Part shown: piece after piece, positions 33,405 to 54,677 of the stretch
Layout of the letters: each line of letters begins with the position of its first letter
Position numbering within the stretch: the first letter of the stretch is position 1
Origin: Balanoglossus misakiensis
Taxonomy: Eukaryota > Animalia > Hemichordata
NCBI GenBank assembly: GCA_040954595.2
Contig: CM082582.2
Coordinates: forward strand, 7,690,063-7,754,062
Direction: 5' to 3'
DNA: 64,000 bases
Position numbers and translations under genes: made by a program
The notes under the pieces: model-generated
Database searches by the model: none
Told to the model about the DNA's origin: nothing
What the model saw: only the letters and a program-made list of their open reading frames with translations

Positions 33405-36335
33405 TTATCTCTTTTTCTTTCGCCTGTTTTCATTAGGGTTTCTTCTAGCTGCAGACTTTGAGGAATGACCGATTCCCAGCTGGGCGGCCCGACTCGTAAC
33501 ATCGTTTGTGGCAAACGGAGACATGTTGGCAACATACTCTGGATCAAACGCGCTGGTTTTCTGTAGGGATTTCTTGGAGGGTCTGTTCTGGGGCACTGGT
33601 TGATCTTCCACCAAGATGGGATTGCACGCGTGCTTTCCTCCTTTAGGGGCCGGCAATGAATACTGAGAAAGATATTTAAAAAAAAGCAGAACATAAGTTT
33701 GTTTAATTTATCAAACTAACTAACATGGCTTGGTCGAAACCAATTTTGTTTTCTGTGGTTTGAAAACTATTTTTTTAAATAGCTGTTGAACAGGGATAAC
33801 AGAAAAGACAACCACAGAATGACATTCGTGGAAATTTACCTTCAGTCCCCTAGTGTTAAACTGTTTCCGTCGGGATACGTGGTAATGCTGCGTGCCATCT
33901 TCATCAACAGTCACCGATACCTTCTTCAATGTATTGTTGCCACATTTCGGACAAAACTGCTTCGTCATCACACTGGTCACCCTGAAGATAACACAACAAT
34001 TGATGGTGTCACATTCAGTGATTAAAGATCAGGTTTTGATTTAATTCACTGGAATTACACATATGATTGATGAAGTCTCATTGAAATTTTTTTTTTTTAT
34101 TTGACCGACATTCATAATTATTGCTAATAATCTGAGAAAGGGCATGGTACTTACTTGAAGCAGGCGCTACATTTAAGAACATAGCTCTTGGCTCGTCTAA
34201 TCAACATACCACCGATAGAGATTACAGGTATCCCCATTTGAATCAGAACATTCTGGAAAACAAAGAAGCCATTTCAAATCCTGTAAAAACCACCAGCATC
34301 ACCAAATTTTGAATGGAGAAAATGAACTGAATATTATTAACAGCATGTAGTGTAATTGTAGGAACACTCTTACCTGCATTGCAAAGTCCGCTGTCATACA
34401 TCCCACCACGACGTCTTCAAGAGGTTCCATATTATTGTCCTTCATTTGAGTTTTGGCTTGCTTAATATTCTGTGGTGTAATCCATCCTTCCTCATCCTCA
34501 TCCTCATCATCACCATCTTCACTATCGCCTCTACCATCACCATGACTTTCACCATCACTATCATCATCATCAACTTCATTCCTGTCTACATCCAAGGATT
34601 CATCCCGTTGCCTGGCAACATCGTCATCAGCATCATTTTCATCTCTCCTGACACTCTCTGAATCAGTCTCTGTTTTCCCACCATCCTCTGCTGCATTTTG
34701 ATTATTTTTGTCATCTGACAAAACTTCCTCAGCAAGTTCCACTGCTTCAAAAGTCCTGTCTACACTAACGCCATCCTCTATTCTCTGCTCTCCAGTTATC
34801 CTTTCAAGGATGATTTTATTTTCCTCAGATCCATGCTCTTTTTCTTCTATACTTATTCCTTCAACTCCGTGGCTTAGATTTGCATCACCTGTTTCTGATT
34901 TTGCCTCTGCTTCTTCTTTATTCTGCAAGGAAAGTGACATCCGTTAGCTGGGTTTATAAAATCACACACTGGGAAGTAACAAATGAAGTTTTGCTGCACC
35001 TACTCCAGTGTTTTCATTTTGTGTGTGTTCTGTAGTTTCTTGTTTAAATCCTGGAATTGCGATGAAATACCCACTAAATTGAAACTGATACAGTGTGATA
35101 TAAACTACTTACTTTAGGTGCAAGATACCATCCTACAATGTCTGTAGCTCTTTCAAGTGGTTTGGTTGAACTGCTCCAAGTTGCCTAATTGTACAGGAGA
35201 AAACACAATTTACAAATAACGTTTTGTTTTGTTTACTGTTTGTATTACTTGCCAACTTGGTGTTGTACAAGTATATTGTTGTACATTTAACACCCCCAAT
35301 AGATCTATGGTCAATCTGATTTTCTTTGCAATGAGTCCAATCATTGCGTTTCTTGGTCCTTACCTTGTTGGCAGGTGCTGTCTTGAGATGTTCTGTTCCA
35401 ATGAATTCTTTGGTCAACTGATACGTCAAAGCCATTACTCGGATATCCACTGCTGATAAACTGGGATAATCTCCTGTTTTTTTGGCAAACTCCGTCACTG
35501 TAAAATCATGAGAGCATGAATGAATTAGTATGTACAGTGAAGGGAAATGAGACTGATTAGTTAACGGACTTATAACTACTGATATCAGCCACGAACTGTG
35601 GCCAGCAACAGCATATGGACTGGTTAACTTCTCTTAGACCTATCAATGTGTTCAAACTGTTTTTGCATGTGTGTGCATATGCATACACGTACACTTTGTG
35701 TGCATGTATGCCAACTCTAAGTATTAGTATGTGTACCTGCAGAAACGCTCTCTGGAGATGGCTGCCTAAACTTCAGCTCATACGGCAAGACTGACAGTCT
35801 CTTGCGGGTGGCCGAATCTCGAATTTCAGACACTACATCCTGGATTGTGTATACATTTTCCGCTATATCCTGAAATGAACAAATATCCAAAATCATATTG
35901 TGTTGGCCTTTCTGGGAGTATCCCACAATGAAAAAGTAGTGTGGACTTCCAGCTCTTTTTATATAGATAAAAGGTCAGATGTTACTGTCAGAACTGGAGA
36001 TCAAATTTGCATAATTGCTAATTATCTGTGGTGTATACTGCCCCTTGAAACTATATGTAATGAATCATAATGTAACATGATCAATAACATTTAATATCAA
36101 TCAAATCCACACTTTTAAATCCAGTCAATCCACCATTCCCTGTCACTGTTTCATATTTGACATTTTTTTATTAATCCTCTGGAGAGACAACGCTTACATA
36201 TTATTGTTTCCCTTTACACTGACTATGTATAAGTGTCATCGTAATCTTATGCGAATAATAACTGACCTGTATTGGAGCATTTTTGAGAAATGCTGCTGTA
36301 TCCACTACCACATGCTCAACCTGGTGGGTAGCCAT
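33405..36335 (-). CDS. NOB1: RNA-binding protein NOB1 (18S rRNA site D endonuclease; PIN domain, acidic insert, zinc ribbon), 8 coding exons
   Basis: Exons 36335-36267, 35869-35737, 35497-35364, 35184-35113, 34922-34374, 34252-34155, 33981-33840, 33662-33405. Motifs: VEHVVVDTAAFL, FAKKTGDYPSLSAVDI, GWITPQNI, CMTADFAMQNVL, CSACF...FCPKCGN, SLPAPKGGK, RRNPNE. Confidence 0.95.
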
Positions 36336-36613
36336 CTTGTGCAATATTGTCGAGCGACTGAGGGCGCAGTGGTTTCAACCTCATTCCAGCGCACACAACT
36401 TCTGAAAACCTAGTCGGATATTGTGTACTTAGTGTTGAACATATGACATTATAGTGTACAATTTTAATGTTTCATTAATATGATTAGTATCAAAGTATTG
36501 TTAATTTTTAATAAAATATGCTTATCATGGTCGAAATTATGTGCCTATGACTTATCCGAGGGGGCAGCCTATTTTTTTACATCATCGTAATATATCACGT
36601 GACATAATTTGCG
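36336..36613. promoter_or_regulatory. Bidirectional promoter between NOB1 and the WWP/ITCH gene
   Basis: The NOB1 ATG at 36335 and the probable WWP first exon near 36600 are head-to-head; E-box TCACGTGAC at 36595-36603. Confidence 0.55.
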
Positions 36614-36716
36614 ATGGCGGATCCGTCTCCAAAACTTGATAGACAACTTTTGATCTAAGAGAAAAGTATCGCTCGACTCGTTTACAAGCGGTCACCGCTC
36701 TATCTCAGAACCAAAT
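36600..36716 (+). other. Probable non-coding first exon of the WWP/ITCH gene
   Basis: CpG-rich tract ending at a strong donor AAT|GTAAGT (36716/36717). The first coding exon has an acceptor at 40392, upstream of its ATG, so it needs an upstream exon. The 5' boundary is approximate. Confidence 0.55.
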
Positions 36717-39700
36717 GTAAGTAATGGTTACCCGACTTCAGTTTGTCATTTCAGCGCAATTTGTCTTGGAAATTATCCTGGCGGCTGTCAAAGTGGGGTA
36801 TGTTGCTGGGAAAATATCCAAGATGGCTTCTTCTATGAGCAGGGGACTGATTCGTTTCACTGGAAATATATTTAACATCTATGTAATGTACAAGTCGACG
36901 TTTCATTTTCGTCGTTGGTACTTGTTAGGAAGAAGGGGCTGGAAGCTATGTCGATTTTTGTTTATTTATTGGTGGTTTGATGTTTCTCTGCGTCAATGGG
37001 TTGGAAGGGCTATTCAATATGAATAGTGAATGCGTTGGTAATGCATAACAGTTCAAACTCCACTGTTACGGTGCAAATATTGATTAGTCGTCCAGGGCGC
37101 GTCTATAACCTTATCGCGATCAACTTGACCGGTAACACACGGGACGCTTCCAGCCTTTTCTTGACACTTTCAATGGTCAGGTGAATGCCCAGAATCGCTC
37201 GATATATCGTCCGACAGAAGGCGGATGCAGAATCCGGATTAATGAGAAAACACGTTTCTTTGTCAACAAATGAACAAACACCGTGTACCAGTCAGCGGCG
37301 ACTGTTTATGGGCGTGTGCTGCGTAAGACACTCGTGACATCAAGCCGGGTGCAGTCAGATGACTGTGGTGGAGTTCACCTTTGATCGCCAGACACCATGT
37401 GTAATTATTGCAATTTCTTCATGTATTAATCTGGTGTATAATAATTACTCCTTAGTAACCATGCACTTCCATGAACTCGAAGCCGTGAGCTCATCAGAAA
37501 AATACCACTGGCACTGACATGACACCAGCCTGCCAGATCATACCACCATAGATTTTAGAGGAAACAGCTGATACTGTTAGTATTGTTATTTGCATTCCAG
37601 TACACTTTCTCGCTTCAATAGGTTTTTCGTGGTGTAATCTCTAATAACTGACATTGAACTCGAGTTCAGCTCACCCAGCCAACTACAATGTACCATACTT
37701 CTATTCACACGTCATTATCTGTCGATGACTCATAAACACTCATTCTTTGGAAGCTCTCTGTTGTGAAATTATCAGGATCATGCTGTCCCTGTTCAGTATC
37801 ATTTTACCATCAGTTTATTACAAACCCTTTCTTTTAGTCAACAGTTTCATAGAAAATATTTTCAGACCATGTAAGCTGAGTCATAAAAAATCCCCTTGCA
37901 TATTTACATAAAGGGGATTTTCTTTCTCAAGATGGCCAGCTAGACTTTAGTTTCTTTCTAACTATAGATGTAAGTCTTCTATGTATTGACCAGTTTCTTT
38001 ACTCTCTTCACTGTATTGGCCACCAATTATTTGACAATATTTTGGATATGCTCAAGTTGGTTATTAGTGCCATAATTTTTGTGTACACGGAGTGACTCCC
38101 ATGCCAATTTTGGTCTACATCATTACCATTTAAAAATAGTTATTGAAGTATTAACATTGTAAGCAGCTTTTTCTCAGAAGATAACCTTGTATTGCTAAAA
38201 ATATTTTCACCACAACTCGGACAAAGCAACGGCATCCGATGTCCTTTGGGTCACACTGTAATTCAATATATAATTCGCTGTATGATTCTACCTTGGAACT
38301 ATTGTCGTCTTCCATCTGCATCTCTATCAATAGTAACACGTCTGAACATTTGAATCGAATAGAAATACAAGTCAGAAATAGTTCAGTAATTCCTGCATTG
38401 AATCTGCATGTTTTATTTATAACACTGACCTGTTGTCTCTAAATCATTCAGATTAAACATTCTAATACTCCCCCCCCCCCCTCAACTTGATTTTAGTCTG
38501 ACCCCATTGTTTTCAATTGTGTAGTTGAATCTGTGCAATCAGAAATAGGGATGAGACACTTTGGAAACAAACCAGAGAGTAGGTTGATCCCCCTTGTGAT
38601 GGCTGATTGTTGAAACAGTTACAACACAGACCATTATGGAAGTAATGTCATTAAAACGGTTAAATATTAACATTCTATAATATAAATGATCTGCCAACAA
38701 TGGTTATAATGTAAATTCCTGAAATTTTGGAGACATTATTTTTGTGACCCACTTTTTGTAGCCTGAATCTTACTCACTTGTTGTAGTCATTAATCGTGAA
38801 AACCAGGAGTGAAGGAATATTCATTCAAATTAGCAAAATGGAGATGTACAATTTTGACTGGTCAAACAATGTACATGTATTTCTGCAGTCGGGAGGTGGC
38901 AACATCAATTATGTGGCAAATTCTGATATAATTCTGATATGGACAAAAAGTAGCACCTTTTTGTGGATTCAATTGAACAGTTCACTAATGGGGCACGTTA
39001 CTATGAATCAGTGCTTTTGTACTGGGAAGATGCCATATATTTGAGATTTTATTATCCACCATGACTTGCTTGATATTAGCAGTGGAATAGTACCGTTAAC
39101 ATTTCAGTCGAACATTCCAGGCAGACCGTGGGGCTTAGAGCAGATAATTACGCAATGATCTGTTGTTGGGCTTTGTTTCAGAGAATCTGAGCAAAACCAC
39201 CTTTGTCTTACTCTACAATAAGGAACCATGAACTCCAATTCTCTCTAACATGATTACCATGTAATCCACCGTTTTTTTTCGAGATTCATCGGTATTTGGC
39301 TGGAGGAGACCAACTGGCTTAACTGCATTTACCTATGTTGTTCACTTTTCTGTGATTTTTATTATTACAAGTCCAGTTTGTAGAAATAATATTAATTAAT
39401 GGGCTACACGTTTTTGATATCAGAAAATTACATTATATTAATCGCCACAATATATTGAAAGCAGATCTAGCATATAGCATTACCAGTGTAATTATCCAAA
39501 AATTCAGCACGTGGGAATGGCTGGCGAGAATGACCTAAATAATATAGTGAGCTTTTTATATATGCCAGATATACCAGCTCTGTAAACATCAGACTTCACC
39601 TAAAACTGCCCTGAATATAAATGGATTTATGGGAATAATGTTTATTAGGCCAAACCGTAACCACCTGCAAATGTCCGTGACTACAGACCAGTGTCTACAA

Positions 39701-40415
39701 TGCTTTTGCGTTTGACAACACAAAAATTAATTACATGTATTTCAAAACTGCAATTGTTTTCCTTTCAGATATCTTGACATAACTGGAATGAGCATGGAAT
39801 ATTAGTATGTTTATCAGCACTTCCCTTTCTTGAGTAACATAAAAAAAGTAAGTACAGTAGAGGAAAGGTCTCGTAAATCTTTTCATATGATCTGAAGTTG
39901 TAGAACGGGGAATTTGTGAGTTCCAGAATGTATTTGTATATTGAAGAACAACATTGGTGAGTTCTAGGGTGTACGAGTGTGCTGACACAACTCCAAGTGT
40001 TTGGACGTATTGAGAAGATATAGTGAGTGATGTCGCAGAGGTCGGAGTTTATGGTAAACAGGCAGAGTCTAGGTCAGTTTTGAGTAAAGAGCCAGTTGTC
40101 TGTGGCTCCTTAAGGAGGCTGTTCAGCTAATCAAGTGGTCAATCATGGCAGTACACAAAAAGACCAACTGCACCCGCTTATCGTGGGCTGTCACAGAACC
40201 TGTGGTGATTTGTGTACCTGTACATGGTTTACACCAATTTCTGTCACTGGAACACATATGTAATTTACCACATAGAATGGGGGCTGGGTGACCTGCTTGT
40301 TGTACACTGGAAAAGTTTGATTCCTTTTGATTCAGTGTCAGCAGAACACTAGAATTGGATGTTAATTGTCGTGCAATTTATTTTGTTGGCAGGAACCCAA
40401 GACAGCAAGTGATCC

Positions 40416-49881
<9,466 letters not shown>

Positions 49882-52564
49882 CAACGGCAAAGAAGGAATG
49901 GACCTTTTTCCTTTTTGCGGTATCTGCAACGCCAAACAAAGACTAATTATTGTGAAGAACTTTTGATCGGTCCAAAGTAAAGACAAAACAGGACCACCAA
50001 TGATATCAGATTTTATCACGGAAAACAACCGTCATGCCCTCTCTTTCTCGCTCGCTCAACCTCAAGACTTCAAACTAACGTGCAGTTTGAAGAAGAAATC
50101 AAAAAAGAACTGAATTTCATCTGATTATGCAAATCCTGGTGGAAGAATTCAAGCGACTTGGAAGATGAGATTTTATATCATAGTATATAGCTGACCTAGG
50201 AAAAAATGAATTTAAATGAAGATTACACCTGGTAAAGAATGAATCACACGCACAGTATTCATTTGATTGACATCATTTATAACATTAGGGGACGAGGGGG
50301 AAAATGGCCTAAGCGTGAAAATTCATTATGTCCAAAATATTTTATGGATATTTTGTGGTGTTAGCCATTCTGTGCTGATAATTTTGATGTTGTGGGATTT
50401 TCCTAGCATACAGTGAGCATGCTATTGTAACAGGCGGTGGTTCCCCCCGTCCATTTCTATCAAAACCTGAGTGTAATCAAGTAAAAACTGGTGTATTTGA
50501 AGATGTGAGATTTCAATGGAAAATACGCCAGAGAGGGGAGACAGATGTTTATGACCATCCAATATTATGCCGGATATTAAGACTTGTGCTCTTTTTGATT
50601 TAACTCAACTGTGGAACTGCCCTTTTGCACGGTCGAGCTGTATTTTCCCGGAGTGGAAGAGAATTGAGAGGAATGAGAAATGGATCAGATTTGGCAGTGA
50701 GATGTTTAATAACATGAAATCTTTACAAGGAATATAAACTTGGAAATGAAAATGATGCTTTACTGTATTGAGCGCCCATTTGCCCCACAGATGCATGGCA
50801 ATATGGGCTCTTCAAATCAGATGGTGTCCCTTCAGTCTGCAGGTTTTAGAAATTAACCTGGCTTCCCTGGGTGTGAGTGAAGTCAGTTACGCGGCAAACT
50901 TTTCCATGTCGTTGACTCTAATACTAGTAATGAAAGATGTATGATTTTTTTGTTTGCTTTTAATTTAACATGAACCATGATTCCTACCAGTCATATTTCA
51001 CCGCTGTTTTTTGAAGAAAGGGGGCAGTATTGCAGTGTGGTTGGCTGCATCTGTATCAAGGTTCATTGCAGGTCTGCAGACTATAGCAAGAACCTAACAA
51101 GGCTGATTTACATACAGAGAAAATTGTGATCTGTGTCTTGTCACGGGCAGTGCACATTAATAGCTAAATATTCTGAGGACCAACTAAATTTGATGCTATC
51201 CAGAAATTAATCTATTAGCAGAAGACTTGTGACCTCACAAAGCGAGGGGGTTTCAATCAATGGACGTCCCACAAGGACAGTGATTCACTTTATGTAGGAC
51301 TTTGAGAGCACACAGACATGTCTTGCTCTCACAATCTAGGAAGTATTGAGTATACCGGTCTATAAGCACTTGTGTGTATATGCATTGCCTGAATTGTGAC
51401 AGACACAACTTGCAGTTTAAATAAGCTACGTTATGTAAAATCTTTTCCAGTTGTATTAGTTTCTAATTCACTGTCCCGAACGATTCGATTATACCATCGC
51501 CCGGGAACAGGTTCCGTCGAATGTTCGGTATGAGAGCATACAGTGAATCACTGAAGTACCCACACCTTATATAACACACACATGCCGATGCTTGTGGCAG
51601 TAGTTTCTTGCGTCCTTGCTTGTAAAAAATATGTGTGCAGTCATATAATCTAGTGAACTTTATTTTTTTGGTGTGTCTGGTCATTTTTTGCCCATATTTT
51701 CAAGACAACAATCACACACCGAAGTGCCCATGGTCATCGTGGTGGGAGACTTGGAAGAAAAAATTTCATAAAACGGGATTTTAGGTCGTTGTCAGTGTTG
51801 TAGTGATGGCTTGGTATACATGGAAAACAAATATATATCCTCTGTAATATAAAGCAGTGCATCAAGTTGATTTTTATAACATTGCTTCTAAATTTAAATA
51901 TTTTGTAAAATAGTGTGTAATGTTTCTGGCCTCAGACTTTCGATTTCTAATGGGTTATTGTAATTATCATAATCAGAAAATAAAATATTTTCTGAATGTC
52001 AAATCTCATTGTGCTGTCTGACTACTGTGTGAGATTGTGTGTATGAAAATACAAATGATAGAAATATGGAAATTACAGCATGTTTTCGTAAAGTTAATTC
52101 AAACAAGAGAGAGCAAAAGAAGTCCGAACTTCTGTTTCTAAGTTGGTCTATCAAACAAGCTGGTGTTTTTACGTTAAAACCACATTCGACGAAATACTAC
52201 TGCTGGTATTATCCGATCCGCCATTTTGGGGAGTGCGCCCTCACCATGTCAATGTCAACTAGGTCATTGATCGTGTGGGCACGATCAGCTGATATCGTCT
52301 GATTACGAAACACGCCGGGTACTGAAGGCAGCTTAGCTTGTGAATCAAATGGCACGTAGGCACCAATCTGCGATTATACGAAATTTACAGGATCAGGATT
52401 AGAAGTTTCGGCGTCACTGCAGGTAAACATTTACCGTTATGTTACTGTTAATGTATTAAATCACAACCCATCGGTTACAGTGGATGTGTCTAAATAACAC
52501 TACAATGATCATAAGGGTGAATTTCTGTTCTAATAAACAGAGCTAGCCACTGGAGAGTTTGATA

Positions 52565-54677
52565 ATGACAAGTGTTCCTAACGGTAGCCAGCAGTCAACC
52601 AAAATGTTACGGGTGGCTGTGATCGGCGCTGGAGCAGCTGGCTTGTGTGCAGCCAGGCACTTGGCCAGTAAACCACAACTCTTTGAACCGCATGTCTTTG
52701 AGAAGGCCCAAGGAGTCGGTGGGACTTGGGTGTACACGGAGGAGACTGGTACTGACAAGTACGGAGAGCTGATCCATTCCAGTATGTACTGGGATCTCAA
52801 GTGAGTGTTTTATAAAACAGTTCTATTCAGTATCTTTGCCAGAGATTTACGTCCCGGCAAATTGATGAAGGACCCACCAGTAGTGGCCTCTTTCGTGACC
52901 CCTGAATGACCTTACATCCTGATGGTATATATGACATCATACTGCTTATGTCATTCAACATTACATTTTTTTTTCTTGAGGCATGATGTAGAGTGCACAA
53001 ATTCAATAATACGGTTGAAGTTTCCAGAGTTTGAACCCAAAATGGTAAATTCATACAACAAAATGCCAGGATGTAATAATTTACGTACAATGTAGTTCCC
53101 AGTATAAACCTGTGGGAGTTAACACCTGTTTCATTGCATTATACAACTTCTCCACTAATAACCCAGCACTAAATCAACCATATTATATTGAGGTTATTTT
53201 GTTTTTCCAGGACGAATCTACCAAAGGAAGTCATGGCATTTCCCGATTTTCCATTTGATAAATCCCTTCCGTCATTCGTCACACACCAGAATGTTCTGAA
53301 ATATCTGTGTGATTATTGTGAAAAGTTTGATCTGAGTAAGTTTATTAAGGTGAGTATTAAAGAATGATTGTTTGTGGTGAATAATGCACAGTCCTTACTA
53401 ACAAGTTGCTTTATAATATCAGTTTTATCTGAAAGCAAATGGCAAACATAACCTTTTTGGAACAATGTTATCATGTTTGTAGAATACATGTACTGAGGGT
53501 AATAAAAATTGACACATTGACAGAAACGAGGTTCAGAGTCCATTGCAGTAACAAACATTCAACTCATACGAAATAAAAGCCAAAAGGACTGTTAGAATGA
53601 ATTCTTTTGTCTCTCTCCATTTCATCAGTTCAATACTGCAGTAGATTTTGTCAAACCTGTGCCTCAGCCGGGCCAGCAGAAAGTATTATGGGATGTAGGG
53701 TTCCGTGATGTCCGTCAGCAGTCCAAAGAGTTGACTGTGGAGCAGTTTGATGCTGTCTTAGTGTGTAATGGGTAAGTGACTTTGCCTTTTCAAGTTGGGT
53801 TCTCTTTCCCCATGATTCAAAGTCCATAATGATAAAAGATATTTGATTCGTTTTATTTTGTAGACATTATTCCGTTCCAAAGAGTCCAGAGCTTCCCGGA
53901 ATGGATGTCTTCCAGGGACAGATCATGCACAGCCACAATTACAGGCATCCCGACGTGTTCAAAGACAAATCTGTCGTGTTGCTAGGCGCTGGGTCTTCTG
54001 GCAAGGACATAGCAGTGAACCTTTCAGACTATGCCAGGAAGGTCATTCTGAGTCACAACCATAAACCAATGACGTGTCCTATGCCGAGCAATATGGTCGA
54101 GCGTCCGGGCATCGAGCGTCTGACCCGGGACGAGGTTGTGTTCACCGACGGCACCACGGAGTCCGTCGACGTGCTCTTATTGTGCACCGGATATTATTAC
54201 ACTTTTCCGTTCCTGACTCCGGAGTGCCGCGTGACGGTGGAGGACCACCGCGTCACGCCGCTGTACAAGCACGTGATACACGCCGAGTTTCCCTCGCTGG
54301 CGCTGATCGGAATCTGCTCGTTCATCTGCCCCTTCCCGCAGTTCGACTGCCAGGTGCGGGTGGCCCTCGGCGTTCTGGAAGGCTCCGTCGAGCTGCCGAG
54401 TCGGGAAGAGATGGAGAGGGCCATCGAGGAGGACTACAAGTGGAGGCTGCAGGATCTGGGATTTCCGCACCGCTACGCCCATCGCATGTCCACGCTGCAG
54501 TGGGCGTATAACGACCAGCTGAGCGAAATCGCCAAGACTCCGAAGATACCTGCGTCTGTATCAAAGCTCTACGATTTTGTGCATGAGCAAAGGCTAAAAG
54601 ATCTTATACATTATAAGGAAGATAACTATATCCTGACAGGCAAGGGTTCGTGGACAAAAGCAGAACCACAGGCTTGA
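52565..54677 (+). CDS. Flavin-containing monooxygenase (soluble FMO, GS-OX-like type), 4 coding exons
   Basis: Exons 52565-52800, 53211-53349, 53629-53771, 53864-54677. FAD motif GAGAAG, GGTW, SSMYWDLKTNLPKEVMAFPDF, FMO fingerprint FQGQIMHSHNY, NADPH motif GAGSSG, CTGY. Probable non-coding exon ending at 52422 and acceptor at 52540. Confidence 0.92.

Noticed and set aside
54074-54564. Several overlapping alternate-frame and antisense ORFs in the FMO exon (similar ones over PEPCK and junctophilin)
   Set aside because: Shadow ORFs caused by high GC3; no recognisable protein features.
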